DNA of 64,000 bases from Escherichia coli (GCF_003790525.1 NZ_CP033635.1); one strand, 5' to 3'; counted from the stretch's first letter, positions 33,212 through 45,630 are shown. The notes: generated by a model not told the origin, from the sequence alone. Numbers and translations: made by a program.

Positions 33212-33797
33212 CACTTTCTCCTTGTGCTTCGCGTTGATACAGCCGATAAGCCACCTGACCCGCCACTTTTTCCCGATGTAATGACCAGTTCGCCGGAACA
33301 GTGGGCAGACCGTTTTCGACTTCGCTTTCGACATAAATCAGGGCTTCGTCAGCCAGCCAGCCGTTATCTTCCAGTAAATTTATCGTCTCTTCTAACAATC
33401 CACGGCGGAACGGTGGATCGACAAACACGATATTATGCGGTGTGCCTTTTTGCGCCAGGAATGACATCGCGTTGCTGTTCACCACGCGTGCATTGCCTGC
33501 TTTTAGTGTCGCCAGATTCTTAATTAACTGCTGAGAAACCGCACGATCCATCTCAATCAACGTGGCCCCCGCAGCGTAGCGCGATAACGCTTCCAGCCCC
33601 AGCGCGCCGCTTCCGGCGAAGCAATCCAGACATTGGGCGTCAACAATGACCGGAGCCAGCCAGTTAAACAACGTTTCGCGTACGCGGTCGGTGGTGGGGC
33701 GCAGACCTGGGCTATCAGGAACCGGGAGTTTACGGCCTCGCCACTGCCCGCCAATAATGCGGATTTGGCCGCTGCCGGAATGATTCGGTTTTTTCAT
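33201..33797 (-). CDS. rsmD: 16S rRNA m2G966 methyltransferase RsmD
   Basis: 198-aa ORF with SAM-binding motif LDCFAGSGALGLEA and DPPF motif. Confidence 0.9.
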   Translation of the reverse strand: MKKPNHSGSGQIRIIGGQWRGRKLPVPDSPGLRPTTDRVRETLFNWLAPVIVDAQCLDCFAGSGALGLEALSRYAAGATLIEMDRAVSQQLIKNLATLKAGNARVVNSNAMSFLAQKGTPHNIVFVDPPFRRGLLEETINLLEDNGWLADEALIYVESEVENGLPTVPANWSLHREKVAGQVAYRLYQREAQGESDVD

Positions 33798-33946
33798 GAT
33801 AAATTGCTCAATCCGCCAGATAACACATACTTGCAGGCGGTGATGTGAATTAAGTTAAGTGATAGACTATTTCATCATTTTTTTAGCTGCTATGTACATA
33901 GCGTTAACGCTGTGCCATGAAGCAACAGCGAGGAGTGTAGTCGCAA

Positions 33947-35485
33947 ATGGCGAAAGAAAAAAAACGTGGCTTTTTTTCCTGGCTGGGCTTTGGTCAAAAA
34001 GAGCAGACCCCGGAAAAAGAGACAGAAGTTCAGAATGAACAACCAGTTGTAGAAGAAATCGTTCCGGCGCAAGAGCCTGTGAAGGCTTCTGAACAAACCG
34101 TTGAAGAGCAGCCGCAGGCGCATACTGAAGCCGAGGCGGAAACTTTTGCTGCCGACGTTGTGGAAGTTACTGAACAGGTTGCTGAAAGTGAAAAAGCGCA
34201 GCCTGAAGCTGTTGCTGAACCGGAAGTTATTACTGAGCCGGAAACGATAGTTGAAGAAACGCCAGCGTCAGTCATTGAACCTGAAGTTACGCCAGAGCCA
34301 GTGGCTATCGAGCGTGAAGAGCTGCCGTTGCCGGAAGACGTCAACGCCGAAGAGGTTTCGCCAGAAGAGTGGCAGGCTGAAGCGGAAACCCTAGAGATTG
34401 TCGAAGCGGCGGAAGAAGAAGCGGCTAAAGAAGACATCACCGACGAAGAGCTGGAAGCACAGGCGCTGGCTGCCGAAGCGGCAGAAGAGGCGGTAATGGT
34501 GGTTTCTCCGGCAGAAGAAGAGCAGCCGGTGGAAGAAATCGCTCAGGAGCAGGAAAAACCGACCAAAGAAGGTTTCTTCGCGCGCCTGAAACGCAGCCTG
34601 TTAAAAACCAAAGAAAATCTCGGTTCCGGATTTATCAGCCTGTTCCGCGGTAAAAAAATCGACGATGATCTGTTTGAAGAGCTGGAAGAACAGCTGTTGA
34701 TCGCCGATGTGGGCGTGGAAACCACACGTAAAATTATCACCAATCTGACGGAAGGCGCATCCCGCAAGCAGCTTCGTGATGCCGAGGCGCTCTATGGCCT
34801 GCTGAAAGAAGAGATGGGCGAGATTCTGGCGAAAGTCGATGAGCCGCTGAATGTTGAAGGTAAAACGCCGTTCGTGATCCTGATGGTGGGCGTCAACGGT
34901 GTGGGTAAAACCACGACGATTGGTAAGCTGGCGCGTCAGTTTGAGCAGCAGGGTAAATCGGTGATGCTGGCGGCAGGCGATACTTTCCGTGCGGCAGCGG
35001 TTGAACAGCTTCAGGTCTGGGGTCAGCGCAACAATATTCCGGTGATTGCCCAGCATACCGGTGCGGATTCCGCTTCTGTTATCTTCGACGCCATTCAGGC
35101 CGCTAAAGCGCGTAACATCGACGTCCTGATTGCCGATACCGCCGGACGCCTGCAAAACAAATCGCACCTGATGGAAGAGTTGAAGAAAATCGTCCGCGTG
35201 ATGAAGAAACTCGACGTTGAAGCTCCGCATGAAGTTATGCTGACTATTGATGCCAGCACCGGGCAGAATGCGGTAAGCCAGGCCAAACTGTTCCACGAAG
35301 CCGTTGGCTTAACCGGCATCACGCTAACGAAACTGGACGGCACGGCGAAAGGCGGGGTAATTTTCTCGGTGGCTGACCAGTTTGGTATCCCTATCCGCTA
35401 CATTGGTGTCGGCGAACGTATTGAGGATTTGCGTCCGTTTAAGGCGGACGACTTTATAGAGGCACTTTTTGCCCGAGAGGATTAA
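33947..35485 (+). CDS. ftsY: Signal recognition particle receptor FtsY
   Basis: 512-aa ORF: acidic repeat-rich A domain then NG domain with GVNGVGKTTT, DTAGR, TKLDG motifs. Confidence 0.95.
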   Translation: MAKEKKRGFFSWLGFGQKEQTPEKETEVQNEQPVVEEIVPAQEPVKASEQTVEEQPQAHTEAEAETFAADVVEVTEQVAESEKAQPEAVAEPEVITEPETIVEETPASVIEPEVTPEPVAIEREELPLPEDVNAEEVSPEEWQAEAETLEIVEAAEEEAAKEDITDEELEAQALAAEAAEEAVMVVSPAEEEQPVEEIAQEQEKPTKEGFFARLKRSLLKTKENLGSGFISLFRGKKIDDDLFEELEEQLLIADVGVETTRKIITNLTEGASRKQLRDAEALYGLLKEEMGEILAKVDEPLNVEGKTPFVILMVGVNGVGKTTTIGKLARQFEQQGKSVMLAAGDTFRAAAVEQLQVWGQRNNIPVIAQHTGADSASVIFDAIQAAKARNIDVLIADTAGRLQNKSHLMEELKKIVRVMKKLDVEAPHEVMLTIDASTGQNAVSQAKLFHEAVGLTGITLTKLDGTAKGGVIFSVADQFGIPIRYIGVGERIEDLRPFKADDFIEALFARED

Positions 35486-35487
35486 CA

Positions 35488-36156
35488 ATGATTCGCTTTG
35501 AACATGTCAGCAAGGCTTATCTCGGTGGGAGACAGGCGCTGCAGGGCGTTACGTTCCATATGCAGCCGGGTGAGATGGCGTTTCTGACCGGTCATTCCGG
35601 CGCAGGGAAAAGTACCCTCCTGAAGCTGATCTGTGGGATTGAGCGGCCCAGCGCCGGGAAAATCTGGTTTAGCGGCCATGACATCACGCGTCTGAAAAAC
35701 CGTGAAGTTCCGTTTCTGCGCCGCCAGATTGGCATGATTTTCCAGGATCACCATCTACTGATGGACCGTACTGTCTACGATAATGTGGCGATCCCGCTGA
35801 TTATCGCCGGTGCCAGCGGTGACGATATTCGTCGCCGGGTGTCGGCGGCACTGGATAAAGTCGGGCTACTGGACAAAGCGAAGAACTTTCCTATTCAGCT
35901 TTCCGGCGGTGAACAACAACGTGTTGGCATTGCCCGCGCGGTGGTGAACAAGCCTGCGGTACTGCTGGCGGATGAACCGACCGGTAACCTGGACGACGCG
36001 TTGTCGGAAGGCATTTTACGTCTGTTTGAAGAGTTTAACCGCGTTGGGGTAACCGTATTGATGGCAACGCACGACATCAACCTGATCTCGCGGCGTTCCT
36101 ATCGCATGCTCACCCTGAGCGATGGTCACTTGCATGGAGGCGTGGGCCATGAATAA
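35488..36156 (+). CDS. ftsE: Cell division ABC ATPase FtsE
   Basis: 222-aa ORF with Walker [10 protein letters not shown] and LSGGEQQR signature. Confidence 0.95.
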
Positions 36157-37207
36157 GCGCGATGCAATCAATCATATTCGGCAGTTTGGCGGGCGTCTGG
36201 ATCGCTTCCGTAAATCGGTCGGCGGCTCTGGCGACGGCGGTCGTAACGCGCCAAAACGGGCGAAATCCTCGCCAAAACCGGTAAATCGCAAAACCAACGT
36301 TTTCAACGAACAGGTGCGCTATGCCTTCCACGGCGCATTGCAGGATCTGAAAAGCAAACCGTTCGCCACGTTTTTAACGGTGATGGTTATCGCCATCTCC
36401 CTGACGCTGCCCAGCGTCTGTTATATGGTGTACAAAAACGTTAACCAGGCGGCGACGCAATATTATCCGTCACCGCAAATCACTGTTTATCTGCAAAAAA
36501 CGCTGGACGATGACGCCGCTGCGGGCGTGGTGGCACAGTTGCAGGCCGAGCAAGGCGTGGAGAAAGTGAATTATCTTTCTCGTGAAGACGCACTGGGCGA
36601 GTTCCGTAACTGGTCTGGTTTTGGTGGTGCGCTGGATATGCTGGAAGAAAACCCGCTTCCGGCAGTGGCGGTGGTGATCCCGAAACTCGATTTTCAGGGG
36701 ACGGAATCACTGAATACGCTGCGTGATCGTATCACCCAGATCAACGGCATTGACGAAGTGCGGATGGATGACAGCTGGTTTGCCCGTCTGGCGGCGTTAA
36801 CCGGGCTGGTCGGGCGCGTTTCCGCGATGATCGGCGTGTTGATGGTGGCAGCAGTGTTCCTCGTCATCGGTAACAGTGTGCGCCTGAGTATCTTTGCTCG
36901 CCGTGACTCCATTAACGTGCAGAAACTGATTGGTGCGACGGATGGTTTCATCCTGCGCCCGTTCCTATACGGAGGCGCATTGCTGGGATTTTCTGGCGCA
37001 TTGTTGTCATTAATTTTGTCAGAAATTCTGGTGCTGCGATTGTCATCGGCGGTTGCGGAAGTGGCGCAGGTTTTCGGAACGAAGTTTGATATCAATGGTT
37101 TATCGTTCGATGAATGCCTGCTATTGCTGCTGGTATGCTCGATGATTGGCTGGGTGGCAGCGTGGCTTGCCACGGTACAACATTTACGCCACTTTACGCC
37201 TGAATAA
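36149..37207 (+). CDS. ftsX: Cell division ABC permease-like protein FtsX
   Basis: Start taken at ATG 36149 ([15 protein letters not shown]...), 352 aa; overlaps ftsE stop. Confidence 0.9.
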
Positions 37208-37330
37208 TAAAAGCGTGTTATACTCTTTCCCTACAATGGGTTCCGTAGCAGGGAAAGAGACCCCGTTGTCTCTTCCCGGTATTTCATCTCTATGTCACAT
37301 TTTGTGCGTAATTTATTCACAGCGTTGCAT

Positions 37331-37358
37331 TGAACTTGTGGATAAAATCACTGTCTGA
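37331..37358 (+). promoter_or_regulatory. rpoH P3 promoter (sigmaE-dependent)
   Basis: TGAACTT (37331-37337), 16-bp spacer, TCTGA (37354-37358), matching the sigmaE consensus GGAACTT-N16-TCTGA, about 95 bp upstream of rpoH ATG. Confidence 0.55.
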
Positions 37359-37451
37359 TAAAACAGTGAATGATAACCTCGTTGCTCTTAAGCTCTGGCA
37401 CAGTTGTTGCTACCACTGAAGCGCCAGAAGATATCGATTGAGAGGATTTGA

Positions 37452-38306
37452 ATGACTGACAAAATGCAAAGTTTAGCTTTAGCCCCAGTTGGCAACCTGG
37501 ATTCCTACATCCGGGCAGCTAACGCGTGGCCGATGTTGTCGGCTGACGAGGAGCGGGCGCTGGCTGAAAAGCTGCATTACCATGGCGATCTGGAAGCAGC
37601 TAAAACGCTGATCCTGTCTCACCTGCGGTTTGTTGTTCATATTGCTCGTAATTATGCGGGCTATGGCCTGCCACAGGCGGATTTGATTCAGGAAGGTAAC
37701 ATCGGCCTGATGAAAGCAGTGCGCCGTTTTAACCCGGAAGTGGGTGTGCGCCTGGTCTCCTTCGCCGTTCACTGGATCAAAGCAGAGATCCACGAATACG
37801 TTCTGCGCAACTGGCGTATCGTCAAAGTTGCGACCACCAAAGCGCAGCGCAAACTGTTCTTCAACCTGCGTAAAACCAAGCAGCGTCTGGGCTGGTTTAA
37901 TCAGGATGAAGTCGAAATGGTGGCCCGTGAACTGGGCGTAACCAGCAAAGACGTACGTGAGATGGAATCGCGTATGGCGGCACAGGACATGACCTTTGAC
38001 CTGTCTTCCGATGACGATTCCGACAGCCAGCCGATGGCTCCGGTGCTCTATCTGCAGGATAAATCATCTAACTTTGCTGACGGCATCGAAGATGATAACT
38101 GGGAAGAGCAGGCGGCAAACCGTCTGACCGACGCGATGCAAGGTCTGGACGAGCGTAGCCAGGATATCATCCGCGCGCGCTGGCTGGACGAAGACAACAA
38201 GTCCACGTTGCAGGAACTGGCTGACCGTTACGGTGTTTCCGCTGAGCGTGTGCGTCAGCTGGAAAAGAACGCGATGAAAAAATTGCGCGCTGCCATTGAA
38301 GCGTAA
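37452..38306 (+). CDS. rpoH: Heat-shock sigma factor sigma32 RpoH
   Basis: 284-aa [49 protein letters not shown]... Confidence 0.95.
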   Translation: MTDKMQSLALAPVGNLDSYIRAANAWPMLSADEERALAEKLHYHGDLEAAKTLILSHLRFVVHIARNYAGYGLPQADLIQEGNIGLMKAVRRFNPEVGVRLVSFAVHWIKAEIHEYVLRNWRIVKVATTKAQRKLFFNLRKTKQRLGWFNQDEVEMVARELGVTSKDVREMESRMAAQDMTFDLSSDDDSDSQPMAPVLYLQDKSSNFADGIEDDNWEEQAANRLTDAMQGLDERSQDIIRARWLDEDNKSTLQELADRYGVSAERVRQLEKNAMKKLRAAIEA

Positions 38307-38325
38307 TTTCCGCTATTAAGCAGAG

Positions 38326-38360
38326 AACCCTGGATGAGAGTCCGGGGTTTTTGTTTTTTG
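38326..38360 (+). terminator. rpoH rho-independent terminator
   Basis: GC-rich stem CCCTGGA / TCCGGGG with one bulge, followed by TTTTTGTTTTTTG, 20 bp after the rpoH stop. Confidence 0.6.
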
Positions 38361-38577
38361 GGCCTCTACAATAATCAGTTTCCCCCTCCGGCAAAACGCC
38401 AATCCCCACGCAGATTGTTAATAAACTGTCAAAATAGCTATTCCAATATCATAAAAATGGGGTATGTTTTAGCAGAGTATGCTGCTAAAGCACGGGTGGC
38501 TACGTATAAAACGAAATAAAGTGCTGCACAACAACATCACAACACACGTAATAACCAGAAGAGTGGGGATTCTCAGG

Positions 38578-39681
38578 ATGAACATAAAGGGTAAAGCGTT
38601 ACTGGCAGGATGTATCGCGCTGGCATTCAGCAATATGGCTCTGGCAGAAGATATTAAAGTCGCCGTCGTAGGCGCAATGTCCGGTCCGGTGGCGCAGTAC
38701 GGTGACCAGGAGTTTACTGGTGCTGAGCAGGCGGTTGCGGATATCAATGCTAAAGGTGGTATCAAAGGCAACAAACTGCAAATCGTGAAATATGACGATG
38801 CCTGTGACCCGAAACAGGCGGTTGCGGTGGCGAACAAAGTCGTTAACGACGGCATTAAATATGTGATTGGTCACCTCTGTTCTTCATCAACGCAGCCAGC
38901 GTCAGACATCTATGAAGATGAAGGCATTTTAATGATCACCCCAGCGGCAACCGCGCCAGAGCTGACCGCCCGTGGCTATCAGCTGATCCTGCGCACTACC
39001 GGCCTGGACTCCGACCAGGGGCCGACGGCGGCGAAATATATTCTTGAGAAAGTGAAACCGCAACGCATTGCTATCGTTCACGACAAACAGCAGTACGGCG
39101 AAGGTCTGGCGCGTGCGGTGCAGGACGGCCTGAAGAAAGGCAATGCTAACGTGGTGTTCTTTGATGGTATTACCGCTGGGGAAAAAGATTTCTCAACCCT
39201 GGTGGCGCGTCTGAAGAAAGAGAATATCGACTTCGTTTACTACGGTGGTTATCACCCGGAAATGGGGCAAATCCTGCGTCAGGCACGCGCGGCAGGGTTG
39301 AAAACTCAGTTTATGGGGCCGGAAGGTGTGGCTAACGTTTCGCTGTCTAACATTGCGGGCGAATCAGCGGAAGGGCTGCTGGTGACCAAGCCGAAGAACT
39401 ACGATCAGGTTCCGGCGAACAAACCCATTGTTGATGCGATCAAAGCGAAAAAACAGGACCCAAGCGGCGCGTTCGTCTGGACCACCTACGCCGCGCTGCA
39501 ATCTTTGCAAGCGGGGCTGAATCAGTCTGACGATCCGGCGGAGATCGCTAAATACCTGAAAGCGAACTCGGTTGATACGGTGATGGGGCCGCTTAGCTGG
39601 GATGAGAAAGGCGATCTGAAAGGCTTTGAGTTCGGCGTATTTGACTGGCACGCCAACGGCACGGCGACCGATGCGAAGTAA
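38578..39681 (+). CDS. livJ: Periplasmic Leu/Ile/Val-binding protein LivJ
   Basis: Start taken at ATG 38578 ([23 protein letters not shown] signal peptide), 367 aa. Confidence 0.9.
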   Translation: MNIKGKALLAGCIALAFSNMALAEDIKVAVVGAMSGPVAQYGDQEFTGAEQAVADINAKGGIKGNKLQIVKYDDACDPKQAVAVANKVVNDGIKYVIGHLCSSSTQPASDIYEDEGILMITPAATAPELTARGYQLILRTTGLDSDQGPTAAKYILEKVKPQRIAIVHDKQQYGEGLARAVQDGLKKGNANVVFFDGITAGEKDFSTLVARLKKENIDFVYYGGYHPEMGQILRQARAAGLKTQFMGPEGVANVSLSNIAGESAEGLLVTKPKNYDQVPANKPIVDAIKAKKQDPSGAFVWTTYAALQSLQAGLNQSDDPAEIAKYLKANSVDTVMGPLSWDEKGDLKGFEFGVFDWHANGTATDAK

Positions 39682-39740
39682 TCATTAATCGGCAACTTTG
39701 GGTTGCCGCCAAATTGCTAATATCGAGTACGTTGCTTCAT

Positions 39741-39840
39741 GCCGGATACGGCGTAAACGCCTTATCCGGCCTACAAGATTCAAAGAAATCAGTAAATTGC
39801 AGCACACATTGTAGGCCTGATAAGCGTAGCGCATCAGGCA
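39741..39840. repeat. REP/BIME pair
   Basis: GCCGGATACGGCGTAAACGCCTTATCCGGCCTACA and inverted TGTAGGCCTGATAAGCGTAGCGCATCAGGCA. Confidence 0.7.
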
Positions 39841-39868
39841 ATATCACTTGTGAAATCAAACTTGACGA

Positions 39869-40252
39869 TTAACGCTTCTCCCAGCCACCCTGTTGTGCCG
39901 TAAATCCCAGTGCTCGCATAAACGCCGTCATCACGCCGCGATCTTCCACGCCAGCATCCGCCATCCACCAACATGAAACGCCAGGATTGGTACGCAAAAC
40001 CTCTTCCAGCAGATATTGCCCCACACCGCGACGGCGGGTGACTTCCCGCACGCGCAGGGAATCCAGTGCCCCCTCAGTGCCGCTTAAGGTTACCCGCACG
40101 GCCGCGAGCAGGCGCTCGTTAAAACGCGCGGCGTAGATGCGGTGGTTATCGTCAACCTGTAAAGAGGAAGGGGAATATTCCGGCCAGATCTTTTGCAGGT
40201 CAATCCGGTCCTGGTCGCTAAAGTTTTCTAATCGAATGATGGTCAGCTTCAT
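39869..40252 (-). CDS. panM: PanD maturation factor PanM (GNAT fold)
   Basis: 127-aa ORF MKLTIIRLENFSDQDRIDLQKIWPEYSPSSLQ... Confidence 0.85.
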   Translation of the reverse strand: MKLTIIRLENFSDQDRIDLQKIWPEYSPSSLQVDDNHRIYAARFNERLLAAVRVTLSGTEGALDSLRVREVTRRRGVGQYLLEEVLRTNPGVSCWWMADAGVEDRGVMTAFMRALGFTAQQGGWEKR

Positions 40253-40675
40253 GGGGAACCCGTGTAAATCACAAAAGTGGAACCAGTGTAGCGAAATAAT
40301 TTAATCGGAGGCTTTCTCTTTTTTATTTCTTTTGGCAGGTGATTAATTTTTTTTCAGCAATAATTACAAAGTTAAAACATTAGAGAATGAAAAATATCCA
40401 GCATAATCCCCTAAATGGTAGTGAATTATTCTGCCCTTTGTACCGTTATTTTATGCTGACAACGGCGCTCTTTTCTGTTTATCTATCAATAAATTCAGAA
40501 TATTATCTGTTCTTAATCGACTGAAAAATAGGGATTTTAATCGCTATCATCACAAAATACTGCGCTAAACCCTTAATCAGACAGGTAAAAACAGTGCAGT
40601 ATAAAAAAAGAACAGTCTGATTTGTTAACACATAAAAACAAAGCAACACAACATCACGAATGGGGATTTTTGACT

Positions 40676-41785
40676 ATGAAACGGAATGCGAAAACTATCA
40701 TCGCAGGGATGATTGCACTGACAATTTCACACACCGCTATGGCTGACGATATTAAAGTCGCCGTTGTCGGCGCGATGTCCGGCCCGATTGCCCAGTGGGG
40801 CGATATGGAATTTAACGGCGCGCGTCAGGCAATTAAAGACATTAATGCCAAAGGGGGAATTAAGGGCGATAAACTGGTTGGCGTGGAATATGACGACGCC
40901 TGCGACCCGAAACAAGCCGTTGCGGTCGCCAACAAAATCGTTAACGACGGCATTAAATACGTTATTGGTCATCTGTGTTCTTCTTCTACCCAACCTGCAT
41001 CAGATATCTACGAAGACGAAGGTATTTTGATGATCTCGCCGGGGGCGACCAACCCGGAGCTGACCCAACGCGGTTATCAATACATCATGCGTACTGCCGG
41101 GCTGGATTCTTCCCAGGGGCCAACGGCGGCAAAATACATTGTTGAGACGGTGAAGCCCCAGCGCATCGCCATCATTCACGACAAACAACAGTATGGCGAA
41201 GGGCTGGCACGTTCGGTGCAGGACGGGCTGAAAGCGGCTAACGCCAACGTTGTCTTCTTCGACGGTATTACCGCGGGTGAGAAAGATTTCTCCGCGCTGA
41301 TCGCCCGCCTGAAAAAAGAAAACATCGACTTCGTTTACTACGGCGGTTACTACCCGGAAATGGGGCAGATGCTGCGCCAGGCCCGTTCCGTTGGCCTGAA
41401 AACCCAGTTTATGGGGCCGGAAGGTGTGGGTAATGCGTCGTTGTCGAATATTGCTGGCGATGCTGCCGAAGGCATGTTGGTCACTATGCCAAAACGCTAT
41501 GACCAGGATCCGGCAAATCAGGGCATCGTTGATGCGCTGAAAGCAGACAAGAAAGATCCGTCCGGGCCATATGTCTGGATCACTTACGCGGCGGTGCAAT
41601 CTCTGGCGACTGCACTTGAGCGTACCGGCAGCGATGAGCCGCTGGCGCTGGTGAAAGATTTAAAAGCTAACGGTGCAAACACCGTAATTGGGCCGCTGAA
41701 CTGGGATGAAAAAGGCGATCTTAAGGGATTTGATTTTGGTGTCTTCCAGTGGCACGCCGACGGTTCATCCACGGCAGCCAAGTGA
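40676..41785 (+). CDS. livK: Periplasmic leucine-specific binding protein LivK
   Basis: Start taken at ATG 40676 ([23 protein letters not shown]), 369 aa; paralog of livJ. Confidence 0.9.
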   Translation: MKRNAKTIIAGMIALTISHTAMADDIKVAVVGAMSGPIAQWGDMEFNGARQAIKDINAKGGIKGDKLVGVEYDDACDPKQAVAVANKIVNDGIKYVIGHLCSSSTQPASDIYEDEGILMISPGATNPELTQRGYQYIMRTAGLDSSQGPTAAKYIVETVKPQRIAIIHDKQQYGEGLARSVQDGLKAANANVVFFDGITAGEKDFSALIARLKKENIDFVYYGGYYPEMGQMLRQARSVGLKTQFMGPEGVGNASLSNIAGDAAEGMLVTMPKRYDQDPANQGIVDALKADKKDPSGPYVWITYAAVQSLATALERTGSDEPLALVKDLKANGANTVIGPLNWDEKGDLKGFDFGVFQWHADGSSTAAK

Positions 41786-41832
41786 TCATCCCACTGCCCG
41801 TGAAAAACGGGCGGGTTTAGAAAGGTTACCTT

Positions 41833-42759
41833 ATGTCTGAGCAGTTTTTGTATTTCTTGCAGCAGATGTTTAACGGCGTCACGCTGGGCAGTACCTACGC
41901 GCTGATAGCCATCGGCTACACCATGGTTTACGGCATTATCGGCATGATCAACTTCGCCCACGGCGAGGTTTACATGATTGGCAGCTACGTCTCCTTTATG
42001 ATCATCGCTGCACTGATGATGCTGGGAATTGATACCGGCTGGCTGCTGGTGGCGGCGGGATTCGTTGGCGCAATCGTCATTGCCAGCGCCTACGGCTGGA
42101 GTATCGAACGGGTGGCCTATCGCCCGGTGCGTAACTCTAAGCGCCTGATTGCGCTTATTTCCGCAATCGGCATGTCTATCTTCCTGCAAAACTACGTCAG
42201 CCTGACCGAAGGTTCGCGCGACGTGGCGCTGCCGAGCCTGTTTAACGGTCAGTGGGTGGTAGGCCATAGCGAAAACTTCTCTGCCTCTATTACTACCATG
42301 CAGGCGGTTATCTGGATTGTTACTTTCCTCGCCATGCTGGCGCTGACGATTTTCATTCGCTATTCCCGTATGGGGCGAGCCTGCCGTGCCTGCGCGGAAG
42401 ATCTGAAAATGGCGAGCCTGCTTGGCATCAACACCGACCGGGTGATTGCGCTGACCTTTGTGATTGGCGCGGCGATGGCGGCGGTGGCGGGTGTGCTGCT
42501 CGGTCAGTTCTACGGCGTAATTAACCCCTACATCGGCTTTATGGCCGGGATGAAAGCCTTTACCGCTGCGGTGCTCGGTGGGATTGGCAGCATTCCGGGA
42601 GCGATGATTGGCGGCCTGATTCTGGGGATTGCGGAGGCGCTCTCTTCTGCCTATCTGAGTACGGAATATAAAGATGTGGTCTCATTCGCCCTGCTGATTC
42701 TGGTGTTGCTGGTGATGCCGACCGGTATTCTGGGTCGCCCGGAGGTAGAGAAAGTATGA
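41833..42759 (+). CDS. livH: Branched-chain amino acid ABC permease LivH
   Basis: 308-aa polytopic ORF. Confidence 0.9.
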   Translation: MSEQFLYFLQQMFNGVTLGSTYALIAIGYTMVYGIIGMINFAHGEVYMIGSYVSFMIIAALMMLGIDTGWLLVAAGFVGAIVIASAYGWSIERVAYRPVRNSKRLIALISAIGMSIFLQNYVSLTEGSRDVALPSLFNGQWVVGHSENFSASITTMQAVIWIVTFLAMLALTIFIRYSRMGRACRACAEDLKMASLLGINTDRVIALTFVIGAAMAAVAGVLLGQFYGVINPYIGFMAGMKAFTAAVLGGIGSIPGAMIGGLILGIAEALSSAYLSTEYKDVVSFALLILVLLVMPTGILGRPEVEKV

Positions 42760-44033
42760 AACCGATGCATATTGCAATGGCGCTGCTCTCTGCCGCCATG
42801 TTCTTTGTGCTGGCGGGCGTCTTTATGGGCGTGCAACTGGAGCTGGATGGCACCAAACTGGTGGTCGACACGGCTTCAGAGATCCGTTGGCAGTGGGTGT
42901 TTATCGGCACGGCGGTGGTCTTTTTTTTCCAGCTTTTGCGACCGGCTTTCCAGAAAGGGCTAAAAAGCGTTTCCGGGCCGAAGTTTATTCTGCCCGCGAT
43001 TGATGGCTCCACGGTGAAGCAAAAGCTGTTTCTCGTGGCGCTGCTGGTGCTTGCGGTGGCGTGGCCGTTTATGGTTTCACGTGGGACGGTGGATATCGCC
43101 ACCCTGACCATGATCTACATTATTCTCGGTCTCGGGCTGAACGTGGTGGTAGGTCTTTCTGGTCTGCTGGTGCTGGGATACGGCGGTTTTTACGCTATCG
43201 GCGCTTACACTTTTGCGCTGCTCAATCACTATTACGGCTTGGGCTTCTGGACCTGTCTGCCGATTGCCGGGTTGATGGCGGCGGCGGCGGGCTTCCTGCT
43301 CGGTTTTCCGGTGCTGCGTCTGCGCGGTGACTATCTGGCGATCGTTACCCTCGGGTTCGGCGAAATCGTGCGCATATTGCTGCTCAATAACACCGAAATT
43401 ACCGGCGGCCCGAACGGAATCAGTCAGATCCCGAAACCGACTTTCTTCGGCCTTGAGTTCAGCCGTACCGCCCGTGAAGGCGGCTGGGACACGTTCAGCA
43501 ATTTCTTTGGCCTGAAATACGATCCCTCCGATCGCGTCATCTTCCTCTACCTGGTGGCGTTGCTGCTGGTGGTGTTAAGCCTGTTTGTCATTAACCGCCT
43601 GCTGCGGATGCCGCTGGGGCGTGCGTGGGAAGCGTTGCGTGAAGATGAAATCGCTTGTCGTTCGCTGGGCTTAAGCCCGCGTCGTATCAAGCTGACTGCC
43701 TTTACCATCAGCGCTGCGTTTGCCGGTTTTGCCGGAACGTTGTTTGCTGCGCGTCAGGGCTTTGTCAGCCCGGAATCCTTCACCTTTGCCGAATCGGCGT
43801 TTGTGCTGGCGATAGTGGTGCTCGGCGGTATGGGCTCGCAATTTGCGGTAATTCTGGCGGCAATTTTGCTGGTGGTGTCGCGCGAATTGATGCGTGATTT
43901 CAACGAATACAGCATGTTAATGCTTGGTGGTTTGATGGTGCTGATGATGATCTGGCGTCCGCAGGGCTTGCTGCCCATGACGCGCCCGCAACTCAAGCTG
44001 AAGAACGGCGCAGCGAAAGGAGAGCAGGCATGA
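42756..44033 (+). CDS. livM: Branched-chain amino acid ABC permease LivM
   Basis: 425-aa polytopic ORF; 4-nt overlap with livH and livG. Confidence 0.9.
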   Translation: MKPMHIAMALLSAAMFFVLAGVFMGVQLELDGTKLVVDTASEIRWQWVFIGTAVVFFFQLLRPAFQKGLKSVSGPKFILPAIDGSTVKQKLFLVALLVLAVAWPFMVSRGTVDIATLTMIYIILGLGLNVVVGLSGLLVLGYGGFYAIGAYTFALLNHYYGLGFWTCLPIAGLMAAAAGFLLGFPVLRLRGDYLAIVTLGFGEIVRILLLNNTEITGGPNGISQIPKPTFFGLEFSRTAREGGWDTFSNFFGLKYDPSDRVIFLYLVALLLVVLSLFVINRLLRMPLGRAWEALREDEIACRSLGLSPRRIKLTAFTISAAFAGFAGTLFAARQGFVSPESFTFAESAFVLAIVVLGGMGSQFAVILAAILLVVSRELMRDFNEYSMLMLGGLMVLMMIWRPQGLLPMTRPQLKLKNGAAKGEQA

Positions 44034-44797
44034 GTCAGCCATTATTATCTGTTAACGGCTTGATGATGCGCTTCGGCGGCCTGCTGGCGGTGAACAACGT
44101 CAATCTTGAACTGTACCCGCAGGAGATCGTCTCGTTAATCGGCCCTAACGGTGCCGGAAAAACCACGGTCTTCAACTGCCTGACCGGATTCTATAAACCC
44201 ACCGGCGGCACCATTTTACTGCGCGATCAGCATCTGGAAGGTTTACCGGGGCAGCAAATCGCCCGAATGGGCGTGGTGCGCACCTTCCAGCATGTGCGTC
44301 TGTTCCGTGAAATGACGGTAATTGAAAACCTGCTGGTGGCGCAGCATCAGCAACTGAAAACCGGGCTGTTCTCTGGCCTGTTGAAAACGCCTTCTTTCCG
44401 TCGCGCCCAGAGCGAAGCGCTCGACCGCGCCGCTACCTGGCTTGAGCGCATTGGTTTGTTGGAACACGCCAACCGTCAGGCGAGTAACCTGGCCTATGGC
44501 GACCAGCGTCGTCTGGAGATCGCCCGCTGCATGGTGACGCAGCCGGAGATTTTAATGCTCGACGAACCGGCAGCAGGACTTAACCCGAAAGAGACGAAAG
44601 AGCTGGATGAGCTGATTGCCGAACTGCGTAATCATCACAACACCACTATCTTGTTGATTGAACACGATATGAAGCTGGTGATGGGAATTTCAGACCGAAT
44701 TTACGTGGTCAATCAGGGGACGCCGCTGGCAAACGGTACACCGGAGCAGATCCGTAATAACCCGGACGTGATCCGTGCCTATTTAGGTGAGGCATAA
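44030..44797 (+). CDS. livG: Branched-chain amino acid ABC ATPase LivG
   Basis: 255 aa, Walker [10 protein letters not shown]. Confidence 0.9.
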   Translation: MSQPLLSVNGLMMRFGGLLAVNNVNLELYPQEIVSLIGPNGAGKTTVFNCLTGFYKPTGGTILLRDQHLEGLPGQQIARMGVVRTFQHVRLFREMTVIENLLVAQHQQLKTGLFSGLLKTPSFRRAQSEALDRAATWLERIGLLEHANRQASNLAYGDQRRLEIARCMVTQPEILMLDEPAAGLNPKETKELDELIAELRNHHNTTILLIEHDMKLVMGISDRIYVVNQGTPLANGTPEQIRNNPDVIRAYLGEA

Positions 44798-44798
44798 G

Positions 44799-45512
44799 AT
44801 GGAAAAAGTCATGTTGTCCTTTGACAAAGTCAGCGCCCACTACGGCAAAATCCAGGCGCTGCATGAGGTGAGCCTGCATATCAATCAGGGCGAGATTGTC
44901 ACCCTCATTGGCGCGAACGGGGCGGGGAAAACCACCTTGCTCGGCACGTTATGCGGCGATCCGCGCGCCACCAGTGGGCGAATTGTGTTTGATGATAAAG
45001 ACATTACCGACTGGCAGACAGCGAAAATCATGCGCGAAGCGGTGGCGATTGTTCCGGAAGGGCGTCGTGTTTTCTCGCGGATGACGGTGGAAGAGAACCT
45101 GGCAATGGGCGGCTTTTTTGCCGAACGCGACCAGTTCCAGGAACGCATAAAGTGGGTGTATGAACTGTTTCCGCGTCTCCATGAACGCCGTGTTCAGCGG
45201 GCGGGCACCATGTCCGGCGGTGAGCAGCAGATGCTGGCGATTGGGCGCGCGCTGATGAGCAACCCGCGTTTGTTGTTGCTTGATGAGCCATCGCTCGGGC
45301 TGGCACCGATTATCATCCAGCAAATTTTCGACACCATCGAACAACTGCGCGAGCAGGGGATGACCATCTTCCTCGTCGAGCAGAACGCCAACCAGGCGCT
45401 GAAGCTCGCTGATCGCGGCTACGTGCTGGAAAACGGTCATGTGGTGCTCTCCGATACTGGTGATGCACTACTGGCGAATGAAGCGGTGAGAAGTGCGTAT
45501 TTAGGCGGGTAA
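44799..45512 (+). CDS. livF: Branched-chain amino acid ABC ATPase LivF
   Basis: Start taken at ATG 44799 (MEKVMLSFDKVSAHYGKIQALH...), 237 aa, Walker A GANGAGKTT. Confidence 0.9.
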   Translation: MEKVMLSFDKVSAHYGKIQALHEVSLHINQGEIVTLIGANGAGKTTLLGTLCGDPRATSGRIVFDDKDITDWQTAKIMREAVAIVPEGRRVFSRMTVEENLAMGGFFAERDQFQERIKWVYELFPRLHERRVQRAGTMSGGEQQMLAIGRALMSNPRLLLLDEPSLGLAPIIIQQIFDTIEQLREQGMTIFLVEQNANQALKLADRGYVLENGHVVLSDTGDALLANEAVRSAYLGG

Positions 45513-45518
45513 ATTATC

Positions 45519-45551
45519 AATAACCCGGCAGCTAAGTTCTGCCGGGTTATT
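45519..45551. terminator. Hairpin after livF
   Basis: Perfect 13-bp inverted repeat AATAACCCGGCAG / CTGCCGGGTTATT with 7-nt loop, 7 bp after the livF stop; no strong T-run. Confidence 0.5.
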
Positions 45552-45630
45552 CGTCCGTATACAGACTTGTTTCAACAGACCGGGAGGATTAAAACCAGAC
45601 CACTTATTTGCCACGGAAAGGTTTGCTCCC

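Noticed and set aside
34601-35296. 231-aa minus-strand ORF inside ftsY (and similar antisense ORFs at 34030-34440 and 35095-35343)
   Set aside because: Lies wholly antisense to the FtsY NG domain with canonical GTPase motifs; spurious.
41000-42267. Two minus-strand ORFs (199 and 227 aa) antisense to livK and livH
   Set aside because: The plus-strand genes are unambiguous liv operon members; the antisense frames have no start context or domain signal.
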